This document shows positions 1 to 10,459 of a stretch of DNA of 64,000 nt, one piece after another (the first letter of the stretch is position 1; each line of letters opens with the position of its first letter). The DNA is taken from NCBI GenBank assembly GCA_963695345.1, contig OY968769.1, positions 96,001-160,000 on the forward strand, written 5' to 3'. Under the pieces are notes generated by a model, which was not told where the DNA came from, made no database searches, and saw only the letters and a program-made list of their open reading frames with translations. Source of the DNA: an uncultured Methanomassiliicoccales archaeon (GTDB lineage: Archaea; Thermoplasmatota; Thermoplasmata; Methanomassiliicoccales; UBA472). Made by a program: the position numbers and the translations under genes.

Positions 1-98
1 TCCCCATGATGATCTCCATAATCTTGAGCCTAGATTGACTCGCCCAATCCAGCGAATAATCGGTAAAGTGGATAACGAGGAACTGCATACCTGGACTA

Positions 99-536
99 AT
101 GGCGATTCTCAACGTACATTTCCGGGTCTTCTGTCATGCCACCGAGGACGAGGCTAAGGTGGTCCAGGCATTGAAGTTCGCCAGCGGCGCCGATGAACAG
201 ACCAGGGAGGTGACCGAGGGCTATCATGGCAATCCGATCATCGTCCTCGAGGTTTTCATCAAGGAGAAACGCCGTTCCAAGGACTTCTTCTCCAGATTGA
301 GCGCGGACGATCTTCAAGAGATCGCTGACTCCCTGGAGAAGCGGATGGACGACGACTGCAATCTCTATCTCCGCTTGGACAAGCAGGAAGCCTATCTCGG
401 GAACCTGAAGATGACGACCAGCGATGATGCCATCGCTGTCAGGGCCAAGGTCGAGAGCTATCCGAAGAAGCTGGAGAACGCGATGAAGAGCGCCACCGAG
501 TTCCTCGAATCATTGATTCAGTCCAAAAAAGGTTAA
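99..536 (+). CDS. Archaeal RNA-binding domain protein (DUF54/PF01877-like)
   Basis: Motifs HATEDEAKV, EGYHGNPI and LYLRLDKQEAY are typical of this archaeal family. Confidence 0.8.
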   Translation: MAILNVHFRVFCHATEDEAKVVQALKFASGADEQTREVTEGYHGNPIIVLEVFIKEKRRSKDFFSRLSADDLQEIADSLEKRMDDDCNLYLRLDKQEAYLGNLKMTTSDDAIAVRAKVESYPKKLENAMKSATEFLESLIQSKKG

Positions 537-566
537 CTACGGGAAAGGCATCAACGGCCTCGCTAA

Positions 567-653
567 GCAGGGGTAGTCAAGCTTGGCCAAAGACGTAGGA
601 CTTAGGATCCTATTCCTAGCGATTCAAGGGTTCAAATCCCTTCCCCTGCACCA
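567..653 (+). tRNA. tRNA-Leu (anticodon TAG), CCA encoded
   Basis: Acceptor stem GCAGGGG/CCCCTGC; anticodon arm TAGGA-CTTAGGA-TCCTA; long variable region; T arm AAGGG-TTCAAAT-CCCTT; ends ACCA. Confidence 0.95.
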
Positions 654-776
654 CGATTCTCACATACCGGCTAGGGGAAGAATTGGATTGTTTTATCTAA
701 CATTGTTTAGATAATTGTACCCATCAGGCCCGCTTTCGATAGGACCTGGCATGACGAGCAGAGAAGGAGCCGGGTA

Positions 777-1090
777 ATGCTGTCCGAGAAGGAAATCAAC
801 CTAGTCTTAGGTAAAGACCTAGTCGTAGGGAAGAAGAAGGAAGAGCTCAGCTTTAGGGATTGGCTGACGGTGAAAGGGTATTGCACCGTTGACGGTCAAG
901 CACACCATCAGCTACGTCAACCATATGTTGCGGGAGAACAACACGCCCTTTCCTAAACGGGAGGACGCCGAGAAGATCGGGCTGAAGGTGCTGAACTCGG
1001 CGTATTCGAAGAGCTATCAGAAGCATTTGCTGACGGCATTGGAGTTGTATATGGAGTATGTCGGGTTTCCTATCAAGTTCAAGAAACTCT
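777..1090 (+). pseudogene. Truncated N-terminal part of a probable tyrosine integrase
   Basis: MLSEKEINLVLG...FRDWLTVKGY, then +1 shift near 888, then TVKHTISYV...ALELYMEYVG. Resembles a helical core-binding domain and lies next to the att site; no catalytic domain follows. Confidence 0.5.
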
Positions 1091-1142
1091 GGGATCTAAT
1101 TATCGGTTTAACAAATATTAATACGATAGGACGAGCAGTTTA

Positions 1143-2864
1143 CTATGCTGCTCTTATTCCGTCCCGCGGTGGGGCAATAACGAATTTTGCCCCTTTCTCT
1201 AGCTCGCCATCTTCGGTTATCGTTATGCCAGTAATTGCGAGGATCTCACGGGAAAGGAACAGCCCGAAGCCATGGTCCTTCCCTACACCTTTAATGAAAA
1301 GTCTTGTCTTCATTTCTGGGGAGATGCCGACACCATCATCTTCGCAGACTATGGCACGGACTCCATCATGTTCTTCGAGATAGAAGTGGATGATTGTCAC
1401 TATTTCGCCATGAATTACTGAGTTATACATCAGGTTATGGAAGACCTTGACTGTCATGGGGTCAGCGAATAACTCGACGCCTGCTGGAATGCCGTTCACT
1501 ACTCTAACCTTTTCTAATTGCATAGTTGCTTGGGCATTTGCTATCAGTGTCCCAACATTCTGCCAGATAGGAGAGTGGATACCAATGTCTTCATACTCTT
1601 TGGTGAATTGGACCATTGTAGATATTCTCTCGGCCGACGTCACTGCCTTGCTCAGATACTCCTCAGTTAAAGGATCGTATTCATTTCTTTCCAGCAAAGC
1701 CAGATTGCCTGATAGCACCATTATCTGGTTATTAAGATCGTGCCGTGTGATGCTGGATAGGAGGTTCAACTTCTTGTTGGCGAGCGTGAGTGCGGTCGTT
1801 GTCCTTTTTTGTTCCGAGATATCCCTGACCACCGATATGACCACATTCTGACCCTGCAATTTCACAACATGGGCATTGACCTCCACCGGGACGATGACCC
1901 CATCTTTGCGGCGATGTCCTGTGACGAATCTAGCTTCACCCGTATTCCTCAGGGTCGTTTGTATCTCTTCCCTTGTTGGATCGTAATAATCAGTGGAAAT
2001 GTCAGCGGGGGCCAATCCAAGCATTTCTTCTCGGGAGTAGCCAAGCATATTACACCCAACCGCGTTGATGTCCATGAAGCGCCCTAAGACACCACCTTCG
2101 GTGAATTCATATATCTGAATTCCGTCATTGGCATGGTTGAATATATCACGGAACTTCTCTTCACTTTCTCGTAATCTACTCTCCATTCTATTACGCTCGG
2201 TTACATCCACTAAGGATATCACAAGCTCATGCGGATCAATATGGCTTCCAGATACCAGGCATGTCCGTGCATCGCCCGATTGAGAGCTTACGACCATCTC
2301 AATGTCAGCAAAATCCTGGGTCGTTCCATGCAATTCTTTGATTTTTAGAATATCTTTCTCCTTGAAGAAGAGTTTAAGGTCTTTACCTTCGACCGTCTCA
2401 TTCCCTGTGATCTCATGGAATCTTCTGTTCGCCTCCTTGATTTTTTCGTCATCTGATAATACAGCAACCATTCCCGATTCCGATTTTGAGAAGATGGTAT
2501 GATATCTCTTTCTTTCATTATCAAGTCTGATCGAAAGATATGCCACAACAATGGATATTAGAACGAAAATGACAGATCGTATTAGGGCCTGAAACAACGG
2601 GTCAATTTGCGGGCTATAGTAAGCGCTCAGGAACAAGTAAGTTGCGCTCAAAGTAAGAGTGAAGATCACCCCCCTCCACTTGTACCAGTATGCTGCTAGG
2701 ATGATAGCGAAATAGTATATGTTCTGGAAAACAATGGTAGTCCCTTGAGATAAGTAATATACTGTGATTGCCAGATCTGCAATTGTACTGATCGCAATGA
2801 TCATCAATACATATCGTCCCGCTAAACTGGATATGTTCAGAGGTGGTTTCCTTTCGTTTTTCAA
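1143..2864 (-). CDS. Membrane-bound PAS/PAC sensor histidine kinase
   Basis: About 4 N-terminal TM helices, two PAS domains, H-box SITRHDLNNQ, HATPase motifs EDDGVGI and GFGLFL. Confidence 0.9.
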   Translation of the reverse strand: MKNERKPPLNISSLAGRYVLMIIAISTIADLAITVYYLSQGTTIVFQNIYYFAIILAAYWYKWRGVIFTLTLSATYLFLSAYYSPQIDPLFQALIRSVIFVLISIVVAYLSIRLDNERKRYHTIFSKSESGMVAVLSDDEKIKEANRRFHEITGNETVEGKDLKLFFKEKDILKIKELHGTTQDFADIEMVVSSQSGDARTCLVSGSHIDPHELVISLVDVTERNRMESRLRESEEKFRDIFNHANDGIQIYEFTEGGVLGRFMDINAVGCNMLGYSREEMLGLAPADISTDYYDPTREEIQTTLRNTGEARFVTGHRRKDGVIVPVEVNAHVVKLQGQNVVISVVRDISEQKRTTTALTLANKKLNLLSSITRHDLNNQIMVLSGNLALLERNEYDPLTEEYLSKAVTSAERISTMVQFTKEYEDIGIHSPIWQNVGTLIANAQATMQLEKVRVVNGIPAGVELFADPMTVKVFHNLMYNSVIHGEIVTIIHFYLEEHDGVRAIVCEDDGVGISPEMKTRLFIKGVGKDHGFGLFLSREILAITGITITEDGELEKGAKFVIAPPRDGIRAA

Positions 2865-3090
2865 GAACCTGACCTATCTTGCCGATTAAGGTATTGATAT
2901 GATAAGCATTTCGACAAAAATATTCGATGAAGCCAGTCCGCTATGTTGCCCATTCTTGCTGGTAAACCTCGGACAAGATCCGTCGTATTCGTACATCCCT
3001 AGGATATTCGAATTTCGGTTTTAACGATAGTGAATTGTATTAGCTAGATGTCGATAGAGCTTATTAATGCTTAGGTTAGGCTTATGATCA

Positions 3091-3134
3091 TATTCCTAGC
3101 GATTCAAGGGTTCAAATCCCTTCCCCTGCACCAC
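3091..3134 (+). repeat. att site: exact copy of the tRNA-Leu 3' half
   Basis: tattcctagcgattcaagggttcaaatcccttcccctgcaccac is identical to 611-654; the preceding 10 bp match 8/10. Confidence 0.95.
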
Positions 3135-3334
3135 TCAAATCAAAATACGTTTTGGAAAGTAGCGAGAAGTTATCTTTCGTCATTCTTTCGGGCTATATCA
3201 CAAAGGATGAGTCGTCAGCCTGTTCGATTCTGGAAGGCAACATCCTGCTGGCGATACTCAGGCCCTATGGGATTAATAACTTCACGTGATTTTACGCACA
3301 TCGTTCGCAATCGTCACTATGGAGTTATGCTCAA

Positions 3335-4967
3335 ATGAGCCAAGGCAACAAGATCGCAGCCCTTCTGATCGTCGCACTGGTCCTTGCCGCAGGTCTGTCC
3401 GTGAGTGCTCGTTCAGTCGGAAAGTGTGGATGAAAGGAGACTGGCGATCATCGTGACCAACGACCTTCATAGCCACGTCGTGAGCTTCAAGAACTCCACT
3501 GGAATTGACGTGGGAGGACTGGACCGGATATCATCATGCGCCAAGAGCGTTGAGGCCCGCTACTACGATACCCTTCTGGTGTCATCGGGTGATGATGTCT
3601 CCGGTAATTTCTTCAACACTTTCCAGGGCATACCGGAAATGACCGCAATGTCCCGCATCGGTTATGATGTGGCCACACCCGGCAACCACGAGTTCGAATA
3701 CGGCCTGGATGATTACCGTATCGCATTGAACGGTGCAGACGGGGAGATCATCTCGTCGAATCTCAGGTTCGATGACCAAGTGGTGAACTCCACCGTACAC
3801 GAATCAGGCATCAAGACGCTCGGCAACCTCAAGGTGGGATTCTTCGGCCTTACCACGCCTGACCTTCCGACCCTGGTGAAGTTGGACCAGAGGGTGACCG
3901 TGCTGAAGGATGTGATCAACATCTCCAGGGCCATGGTTGCCCATTTGGAGGGTGAGGGTGTGGACATGATCGTGGCATTGTCCCACTGCGGGGTGGATGT
4001 GGACAGGTCGATCGCCGGGAATGTCAGCGGCATCGACCTGATCGTTGGCGGACATGATCACATCAACTACCATCATGTCATCGAAAGCCCTGATGGCTGG
4101 AGCACTCAGATCGTCCAGGACGGCTGCTTCGGAGAGAAACTGGGCGTGATGAGCTTCCGATTTGGCGGAGGTATGGAGGATGTTGAATGGCAACAGGTCC
4201 CTTTGACGGCGGACGTCGGTTCGGACCCGGCGATCCTTGACTATTTGGCACCGTACATGGCCGAATACGAGCACCAGTTCTCCAAATTGATCGGCAACAC
4301 CACAACGGCTCTTGATGCCAGAAAGATCGCCATCAGGCACACCGAGACGAACCTGGGGAACCTGGTCGCAGATGCCATACAAGACGCGTTCCCAGATGCC
4401 GACGTCGCGGTATTCAACAGCGGTTCTATCCGGGGGGACACCGTCTACCCATCGGGCAACATATCATTGATGACCGTGGATTCGATCCTGCCATACGCGA
4501 ACACGGTCTATCTGGTGAAGGTCACCGGCGCACAACTGAAACAGGTCCTGGAGATCTCAGCTGCCAGCAACCGAACATCAGGGGATGGGTGGCCCGGGGA
4601 TAGGATATCGGACGCGGCTTTCCTTCAGGTGTCTGGAGTGCGATGCACCATCAACACGAACGCCACCCCATTCTGCGCGTTGTATAACGGTAGTTCCGTG
4701 CGGGAAATATTCCACCTTGGGGAGAGGGTGAGCCAGGTTCATGTCATGCTCGAAGGTGTCTGGACCGACCTGGACCTGAACGCCACCTATACGATGGCAA
4801 CGAGCGATTATCTGCAGGCCGGCAGTGATGGGTACTATATTCTGGGAGACATACCCACTGAGTCCAAGTTGTTCACCTCAAAGGCCATGCAAGACATTCT
4901 GGCCGATTATGTGAGGACACACTCGCCGATATCGCCTTTTGTGGACCACCGGATCTTGATGGAGTGA
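3335..4967 (+). CDS. Secreted 5'-nucleotidase / bifunctional metallophosphatase (+1 frameshift near 3400)
   Basis: Metallophosphoesterase motifs TNDLHSH, SSGD, PGNHEF, LSHCG, GGHDH; C-terminal domain ETNLGNLVAD/NSGSIR. The signal peptide MSQGNKIAALLIVALVLAAG starts at 3335 in the adjacent frame. Confidence 0.85.
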
Positions 4968-5015
4968 GCCGACTATTCCAGAAGCATGACCATGATGTGC
5001 TCGTCGAATCATATT

Positions 5016-5076
5016 GCCTTTGACCAACGGCATAGGAATTAGGATCCCGTCCCTAGCCATAGAGGTTCGAATCCCT
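5016..5076 (+). pseudogene. Degenerate tRNA-Leu(TAG) copy (old att scar)
   Basis: gaccaacggcataggaattaggatcccgtccctagccatagaggttcgaatccct aligns with ggccaaagacgtaggacttaggatcctattcctagcgattcaagggttcaaatccct; acceptor stem lost. Confidence 0.7.
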
Positions 5077-5667
5077 ATATTTTTAAAACGATTCTCAGCT
5101 ACCACGGGCAGCCCCGATTTCTTAATTAATGTTCCAGACTTGACATCCTTACTCATCGATGTTAAAGTCAGAGATCGAAAACCAGCTGGACAGAACAGTC
5201 TCAAATCCTCTCTCAACTGAAAGCCCCTTTATGTGAAATATTCAGATTTTCATAAAATGAGGGAACTAGAACGCAGAATGAGAATATGCACATGGTATGC
5301 GTTCATCGAACAGAACGGCGAAAGGGAAATATTTAGCTCGCCAGCTTATCTAATTCCTATTTCTAGAGTGGAAAGACACTTGCCACACCATATGATTGAA
5401 AAACTGAAATAACGAGAAAGAAGAAAAATGGGAAATCAGAATTCCTTTTCATTGCATGAACGAGTGGAACTCCATGATTGACCTATCAGACAAATGTCAA
5501 GGATGCAACTTGAGATATTGCATCATTAGTCCAAAATGAACCGAATCCCAAGTCGGGGATTGTATTTCAATCGCATCACTTAAAATCAAGAGGATCAGCT
5601 CATATGATGGTTACTTACCGATCTGTTGAAATTCTTCCCTTCATTATTCATCCGATTGTTGAGCTCT

Positions 5668-5955
5668 TTATTTGACCGAATCAAGAATGGACATGAGTCC
5701 GGTCTTCAGCGATTTCTTTGGCGGAGCCTTCTTTCTGGTGGTCTTCGCTTTGGTGCTATTCGCCTTTTGAACCTTCTTCACGGGAGCTTTCTTCTCGGGC
5801 TTGGGCTTGACGGTTTTGGTTACTGGTTTATTGACCTCCACTCGGTCAAGCCTTTTTTCCAGTTCGTTTATCCTCTCGATGATCTCGTTCATCTTCTCCG
5901 CTTTCAAAAGGTCCCCGACCTTAACCTTAGCTAAGGGTTTCTCCATACTTACCAT
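5668..5955 (-). CDS. Small protein with coiled coil and Lys-rich tail
   Basis: 95-aa ORF; a decayed paralog at 10677-10943 supports that it is a real gene. Confidence 0.6.
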   Translation of the reverse strand: MVSMEKPLAKVKVGDLLKAEKMNEIIERINELEKRLDRVEVNKPVTKTVKPKPEKKAPVKKVQKANSTKAKTTRKKAPPKKSLKTGLMSILDSVK

Positions 5956-6225
5956 CCCTAGTATTTGCTAGGGATTTTGAGAATATAATGTATGGGATTA
6001 CATATATGGGGCGATCAATGAATCCGATCTAACCAAGCCTCGCGAAAGGTCCTGCATCTCGAGAGGTGCCCGCGCTTCGGTGAACGGAATGAAAACCCAT
6101 ACCAGGCCGGCGGAACCACCTCGATATCTCGGCCAGACATCCAACGAAGGGGAAACAGGTCGACCGTGGGACACAAGCCCGAATGCTCGATCGATCATCG
6201 TGGTCCCGCCGGCCACTAGTACCGC

Positions 6226-8661
6226 TTATAGGACGAAGATGACCATGACGAAGTACATGACCAGCGTCGGAACGAACAGCACGGCCCAGGCCCACTTCTT
6301 CCATTTGTACACCTTGTGGCCATCCATCGGCACGAAGGGCATCATGGCATAGGCGGCGGTCAGCAGGTTCATCGATGCACCCAGCTTTCCTAGGGTCGAA
6401 GCCGTTCCCCCCAGCGGTATGAGGGCGGCGAACAGCCCGAACAGGATGATGCTCACCACCGGGCCTGAACCGTAGACCATGGCCTGCTGCTTCACCGTCA
6501 TCTTGTCTGCCTCCTCGATGGCCAGCCTCGAGGGCGACGAGTACACCACCCCAAAGGCGAGGGCGGTGATGAACATGATGGCGGTCCCCAGGAACCAGAA
6601 CTTGTACTCCGTGGGAACGTTGTGACGCCAGGCCATATATCGGTGCACCAGGTCATGGATGGAGACGGCCAGGCCTGCCACCACAATGTAGATCAGCCAA
6701 TCACCGAGGGATCCGAGGTCGATGTGGTTGGTGAGCATGAACGCCAGCCCGAGGAAGACCGATGTGAAGAATATCACGCTCATCTCCCAACCCGAGAAGC
6801 CGGCGAACATTGGTCGTCTCTGCACCACGTTGGTGCCTTCAGGCTCGACCTTAGCCACCTGTTTCCAGACGTAGGAATGTGCCCTTCCTTTGAAATAGCC
6901 CGACACGAAATCGAAAACCTTGTCCAGCCGGAACAGCCTCCTGAGATAGGACCGGACCGAGTCGACCCCGTTGGACACGGCGGTCGCCGTCTCCGTGGCC
7001 CTGCTGACCACGAAGGCCCCTATCAGGGCGAGACCTGAGCCCACTGCCACGGCCGCCACCGGCGGCAGCGCCGCCTGCATCATCGAGGACGATGTTGGCT
7101 TTCCTTGGATGGAGGATTGCGCTCCCGCTCCGATCGAGTTCACCGCGACCACGTAGTATGAGTAGCTGTCGTTCGCCGTGCCGTTCGTGTCCAAATACGT
7201 CAAGGTACCGGCCGTAACGTTACCAATGATAGCATATTGGCCTCCCGAGGAATTGGCCCGGTAGATGTCATAGCGCAATATGCTGGACCCTCCGTCCTCG
7301 GCCGGTACGTTCCAAGTGAGGGTTATGTTGTTCGGATTGAACCTGACCATGAGTCCCTGGGGCGCCGACGGGGTCGTCGGGCCCCCCAGGTTCACGATCA
7401 CCTCGTTGGTCGGCAGGCTCAGGCCGACGGAGTTGGTCGCCCTTACGGCGTAATAATAGTTCATTCCGGGGGTCACCGTGTTGTCCACGAAGGTGGTCGT
7501 TCCCGGGGTCTCGGTGGCAATCCCCACATAGACGCCCGAGCTTACCCCCCGGTAGACGATGTACCAGCCGATGCCTGGACTGCCAGCGTCGGCAGGAGCA
7601 GCCCAGGTGAGGACGACCATGTTATTTCCTGTGACGGCCCGCAGGCCGGTCGGAGCACCGGGTACGGTTTGCGTCCCGGCCAGGACTGAACCCATGGTCA
7701 GTCCGCCAAATGAGCCTCCTGTCGCCGGGAAGTTCGAGGCGGCGAGAGCGTGACCCTTTAACTCGGTCGGTGTGCCCGAAAACCAAAAGGTACCCAAGCT
7801 GGTCGGGGCGGTGAGCCCCATGAATGATATGGAGGTCAGGGCAGAGCATCCCTTGAAGGCACTGGGTCCGATGCTGGTGACGCCTCTGCCGATAGTGACG
7901 GAGGTCACCGATCTGCAGCCATCGAAGGCATATTCGCCGATCTTGGTGACATTCTCGGGAATGGTGATGGAGGAAAGGGCCCAGCAGCCGGCGAACGTGT
8001 CATTTTCGATGATCGTGAGGCTCTCCGGGATGGTGATTGAGGAAAGGGCGATGCATGAGGAGAATGCGTATTCCCCTATATGGGTGACCCCTTCCGGGAT
8101 GGTCACCGAGGTCAGAACGATGCAACTATCGAAGGCGGCGGTGCCAATGGATGTGACGCTGCTTGGAATGGTGACGGAGGTGAGGGAGGTACAGTGCTCG
8201 AAGGTGTAGTCGCCGATCGTCTGGACGCCGTCGGGAATGGTGACGGAGGTGAGGGCGGGACAGTAGTCAAAGGCATAGTTTCCGATCGTCTGGACACTGT
8301 TTGGGATGTTGACGTAAGTAAGCGCTGAGCATTGCTCGAATGCGAAATCGTCGATCGTCTGGACGCCGTTCGGTATGGTCACGGAAGTTATCGCTCCATT
8401 GTTGGTGAAGGCCGAGTCCCCGATCGCCACCGTGGCGTACCCGCCCAAAATAGAGGGTACCGTGATCGCTCCGCCGGCTCCAGTGTATCCGGTAACCGTG
8501 GCCGCCAGTGGACTGCCCTCGACCGTATACATGAAGTCCCCGTCCTGGGAAGCGGCCGCTGTCTCTGATCCGAACAGAAGCACCGAACTCGAGACCAGCA
8601 ATAACCCTATGAGCAAGAACCCCCCGACTCTTGCTAGACTCTTCTCTGCCACAGCACCCAT
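6226..8661 (-). CDS. Surface protein: signal peptide, BspA-type LRRs, 2 FN3 domains, C-terminal multi-TM M50 (site-2 protease)-like domain
   Basis: Repeats LTSVTIPxxVxxIGxxAF; FN3 motifs LTWAAP...YYYAVRATN; TM region with HDLVH, GSGPVVS and MPFVPMDG. Confidence 0.85.
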   Translation of the reverse strand: MGAVAEKSLARVGGFLLIGLLLVSSSVLLFGSETAAASQDGDFMYTVEGSPLAATVTGYTGAGGAITVPSILGGYATVAIGDSAFTNNGAITSVTIPNGVQTIDDFAFEQCSALTYVNIPNSVQTIGNYAFDYCPALTSVTIPDGVQTIGDYTFEHCTSLTSVTIPSSVTSIGTAAFDSCIVLTSVTIPEGVTHIGEYAFSSCIALSSITIPESLTIIENDTFAGCWALSSITIPENVTKIGEYAFDGCRSVTSVTIGRGVTSIGPSAFKGCSALTSISFMGLTAPTSLGTFWFSGTPTELKGHALAASNFPATGGSFGGLTMGSVLAGTQTVPGAPTGLRAVTGNNMVVLTWAAPADAGSPGIGWYIVYRGVSSGVYVGIATETPGTTTFVDNTVTPGMNYYYAVRATNSVGLSLPTNEVIVNLGGPTTPSAPQGLMVRFNPNNITLTWNVPAEDGGSSILRYDIYRANSSGGQYAIIGNVTAGTLTYLDTNGTANDSYSYYVVAVNSIGAGAQSSIQGKPTSSSMMQAALPPVAAVAVGSGLALIGAFVVSRATETATAVSNGVDSVRSYLRRLFRLDKVFDFVSGYFKGRAHSYVWKQVAKVEPEGTNVVQRRPMFAGFSGWEMSVIFFTSVFLGLAFMLTNHIDLGSLGDWLIYIVVAGLAVSIHDLVHRYMAWRHNVPTEYKFWFLGTAIMFITALAFGVVYSSPSRLAIEEADKMTVKQQAMVYGSGPVVSIILFGLFAALIPLGGTASTLGKLGASMNLLTAAYAMMPFVPMDGHKVYKWKKWAWAVLFVPTLVMYFVMVIFVL
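7800..8430 (-). repeat. About 9 tandem 69-bp (23-aa) LRR_5/BspA coding repeats; boundaries approximate
   Basis: Recurring units such as ggaatggtgacggaggtgaggg and gatcgtctggac. Confidence 0.8.
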
Positions 8662-9023
8662 TCAAACACCCCAAGACAAAGACAAATTGGAGCGATGTAT
8701 CGTCCCAAGCGTAACTTAATGATTTGCCAATAATGAGCCCTGTGGAATATTGAGTGGGTCTTACCAACATCTCTATTCTTGAAGACTCATTGAAATTGAT
8801 GGGGCAAGAAATCACTTGGCTGACAGCTCAACGGCATTGTCACAAATTAGATGTCTGGCTCATCGTGGATAATTGCATAAAATTACCCGCATTTAAATAA
8901 ATATATTGTATAATGACAATTAATTTGCTAGGGAGAATCCAGAAAAAAGGAGACGGGATAATCATATCCCATCGAATGATTTTCCCTGCTGGGCTGCCAT
9001 TAAAATAATTCGTCCCTACGAGA

Positions 9024-9515
9024 TTACAGTTTTATCCCGATCAATACCCCGTGGACAAACCTCTTCGTTTCCTCAGATGCCGTGGTAACCAGCGGACCCT
9101 TCAGACCAGTGACGCCGATGTGGAGCACTTTCTCCTGAGCGTTGAACCCCATTTCCTTGGCTCGGTCACGGAGCTTCGGAGCCGCCCCGTTGGTGGCCCA
9201 CTTGCCTTTGTTCCTCTCATCCATATCCTCAGGAACATCCATCATGGTATCAAAGAAGATCACGGGTTGTTTGTTCCACCCCAAGGACTTCATCTCTTTC
9301 AAGAAATTTTTCGCGCTCCGGGTCTCCTTGAACATACGGGTCGGTGAGCCAAGGAACATGAAATCACCTGCCAATAACTTCGGATTGTCTTCAACCGACA
9401 TAATTTGGGCCTCGTGACCATCTTTTTGGATCTGGAGGACGATGGCCTCAGCGACCGTTTTTGTGTTTCCATATACGCTGTCATATGCAACAATACCTTT
9501 CATTTTCATCACCAT
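9024..9515 (-). CDS. Flavodoxin domain protein
   Basis: FMN-binding YDSVYGNTKTVAEAI and LGSPT. Confidence 0.9.
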   Translation of the reverse strand: MVMKMKGIVAYDSVYGNTKTVAEAIVLQIQKDGHEAQIMSVEDNPKLLAGDFMFLGSPTRMFKETRSAKNFLKEMKSLGWNKQPVIFFDTMMDVPEDMDERNKGKWATNGAAPKLRDRAKEMGFNAQEKVLHIGVTGLKGPLVTTASEETKRFVHGVLIGIKL

Positions 9516-9703
9516 GCTATTTTCAAATCGTACATTTTCTCACTATGGATCAATAATTGTCCTCGCTTCTCAAATCATCTGACCATATCGACATTCGGAC
9601 GGCCGACGGATATGTTACCAGAGTTTTCATAATACCCCACAGAATCACAGAAGGAATAATTAATATAATTCAATTACGTTTTAATAATTATTTATTAAAG
9701 GTG

Positions 9704-10459
9704 ATGACGATCGAATCTGAAAATGTTTTGAAAAGAATGGATAGGATTGAAAGTGACCTCATCGAACTGCGTTCATCGTTGTCTAGACCGAGAGGAAAGG
9801 AATACAAGCAGCACGTGGTGAGGTATGTTCATAATGCATTCATGGAATTCAACCGCACCAATATCATACAAAAGATAGACTGCATGAATGATTTTGATCA
9901 TTGCTCCAAACGAATGATTTGCATGAAGCACATCAGGGAAGAAATCGAGGCAGCCAGCCTTGCCTACATCCGAGGGGATTTTGAAAAATCTCAGTTCAAC
10001 ATGGAGGAACTGCGGAAAAAATGGGAGGAAATGGGCGAGATATGCGAGTCTGGAAACTGCAATAAGCACTTTGGGATAATCATCGCTGAGATCAGAGCGG
10101 CGTTGATATTGGCCATGAAGATAGAGATGAGTGATATGGAGACGACCCGAAAGATCGAGGAACAATCAGGTCCCTCCTTGGATGCTGCAAACACCTCGCT
10201 GAAGCTGGCCGCCATAGCACATCCTGCCCGATTGGAGATAATTTCCACTCTAGAGAAAAAGGAATTGGCCTTCTCCGAGCTCAGCAGGCAACTGAATCTC
10301 AGAACGGGGCACCTGCAATATCACCTCAAGGTGCTGGTGGAGGAGGGCTATGTACGAAAGGAGAGGAGGGGAGAGTACTCAATTACCCTACAAGGGCTGA
10401 CCGCTCTCGATGGGTTGAGGGAGTTCATGTCAGGCTTGAAGGATGTGGCCCCGGCTTGA
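9704..10459 (+). CDS. ArsR-family winged-helix regulator with Cys-rich N-terminal domain
   Basis: C-terminal AIAHPARLEII...GHLQYHLKVL...YSITLQG; start moved to ATG 9704 after an AT-rich promoter region. Confidence 0.8.
   Translation: MTIESENVLKRMDRIESDLIELRSSLSRPRGKEYKQHVVRYVHNAFMEFNRTNIIQKIDCMNDFDHCSKRMICMKHIREEIEAASLAYIRGDFEKSQFNMEELRKKWEEMGEICESGNCNKHFGIIIAEIRAALILAMKIEMSDMETTRKIEEQSGPSLDAANTSLKLAAIAHPARLEIISTLEKKELAFSELSRQLNLRTGHLQYHLKVLVEEGYVRKERRGEYSITLQGLTALDGLREFMSGLKDVAPA

Larger units (their letters stand above)
611..3134. mobile_element. Decayed tRNA-integrated element bounded by att direct repeats
   Basis: Exact 44-bp repeat at 611-654 and 3091-3134; integrase-like remnant lies just inside the left end. 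Confidence 0.8.

Noticed and set aside
889-1383. 164-aa ORF as a complete gene
   Set aside because: Only the first 65 or so codons look like the integrase remnant; the rest runs antisense into the histidine kinase
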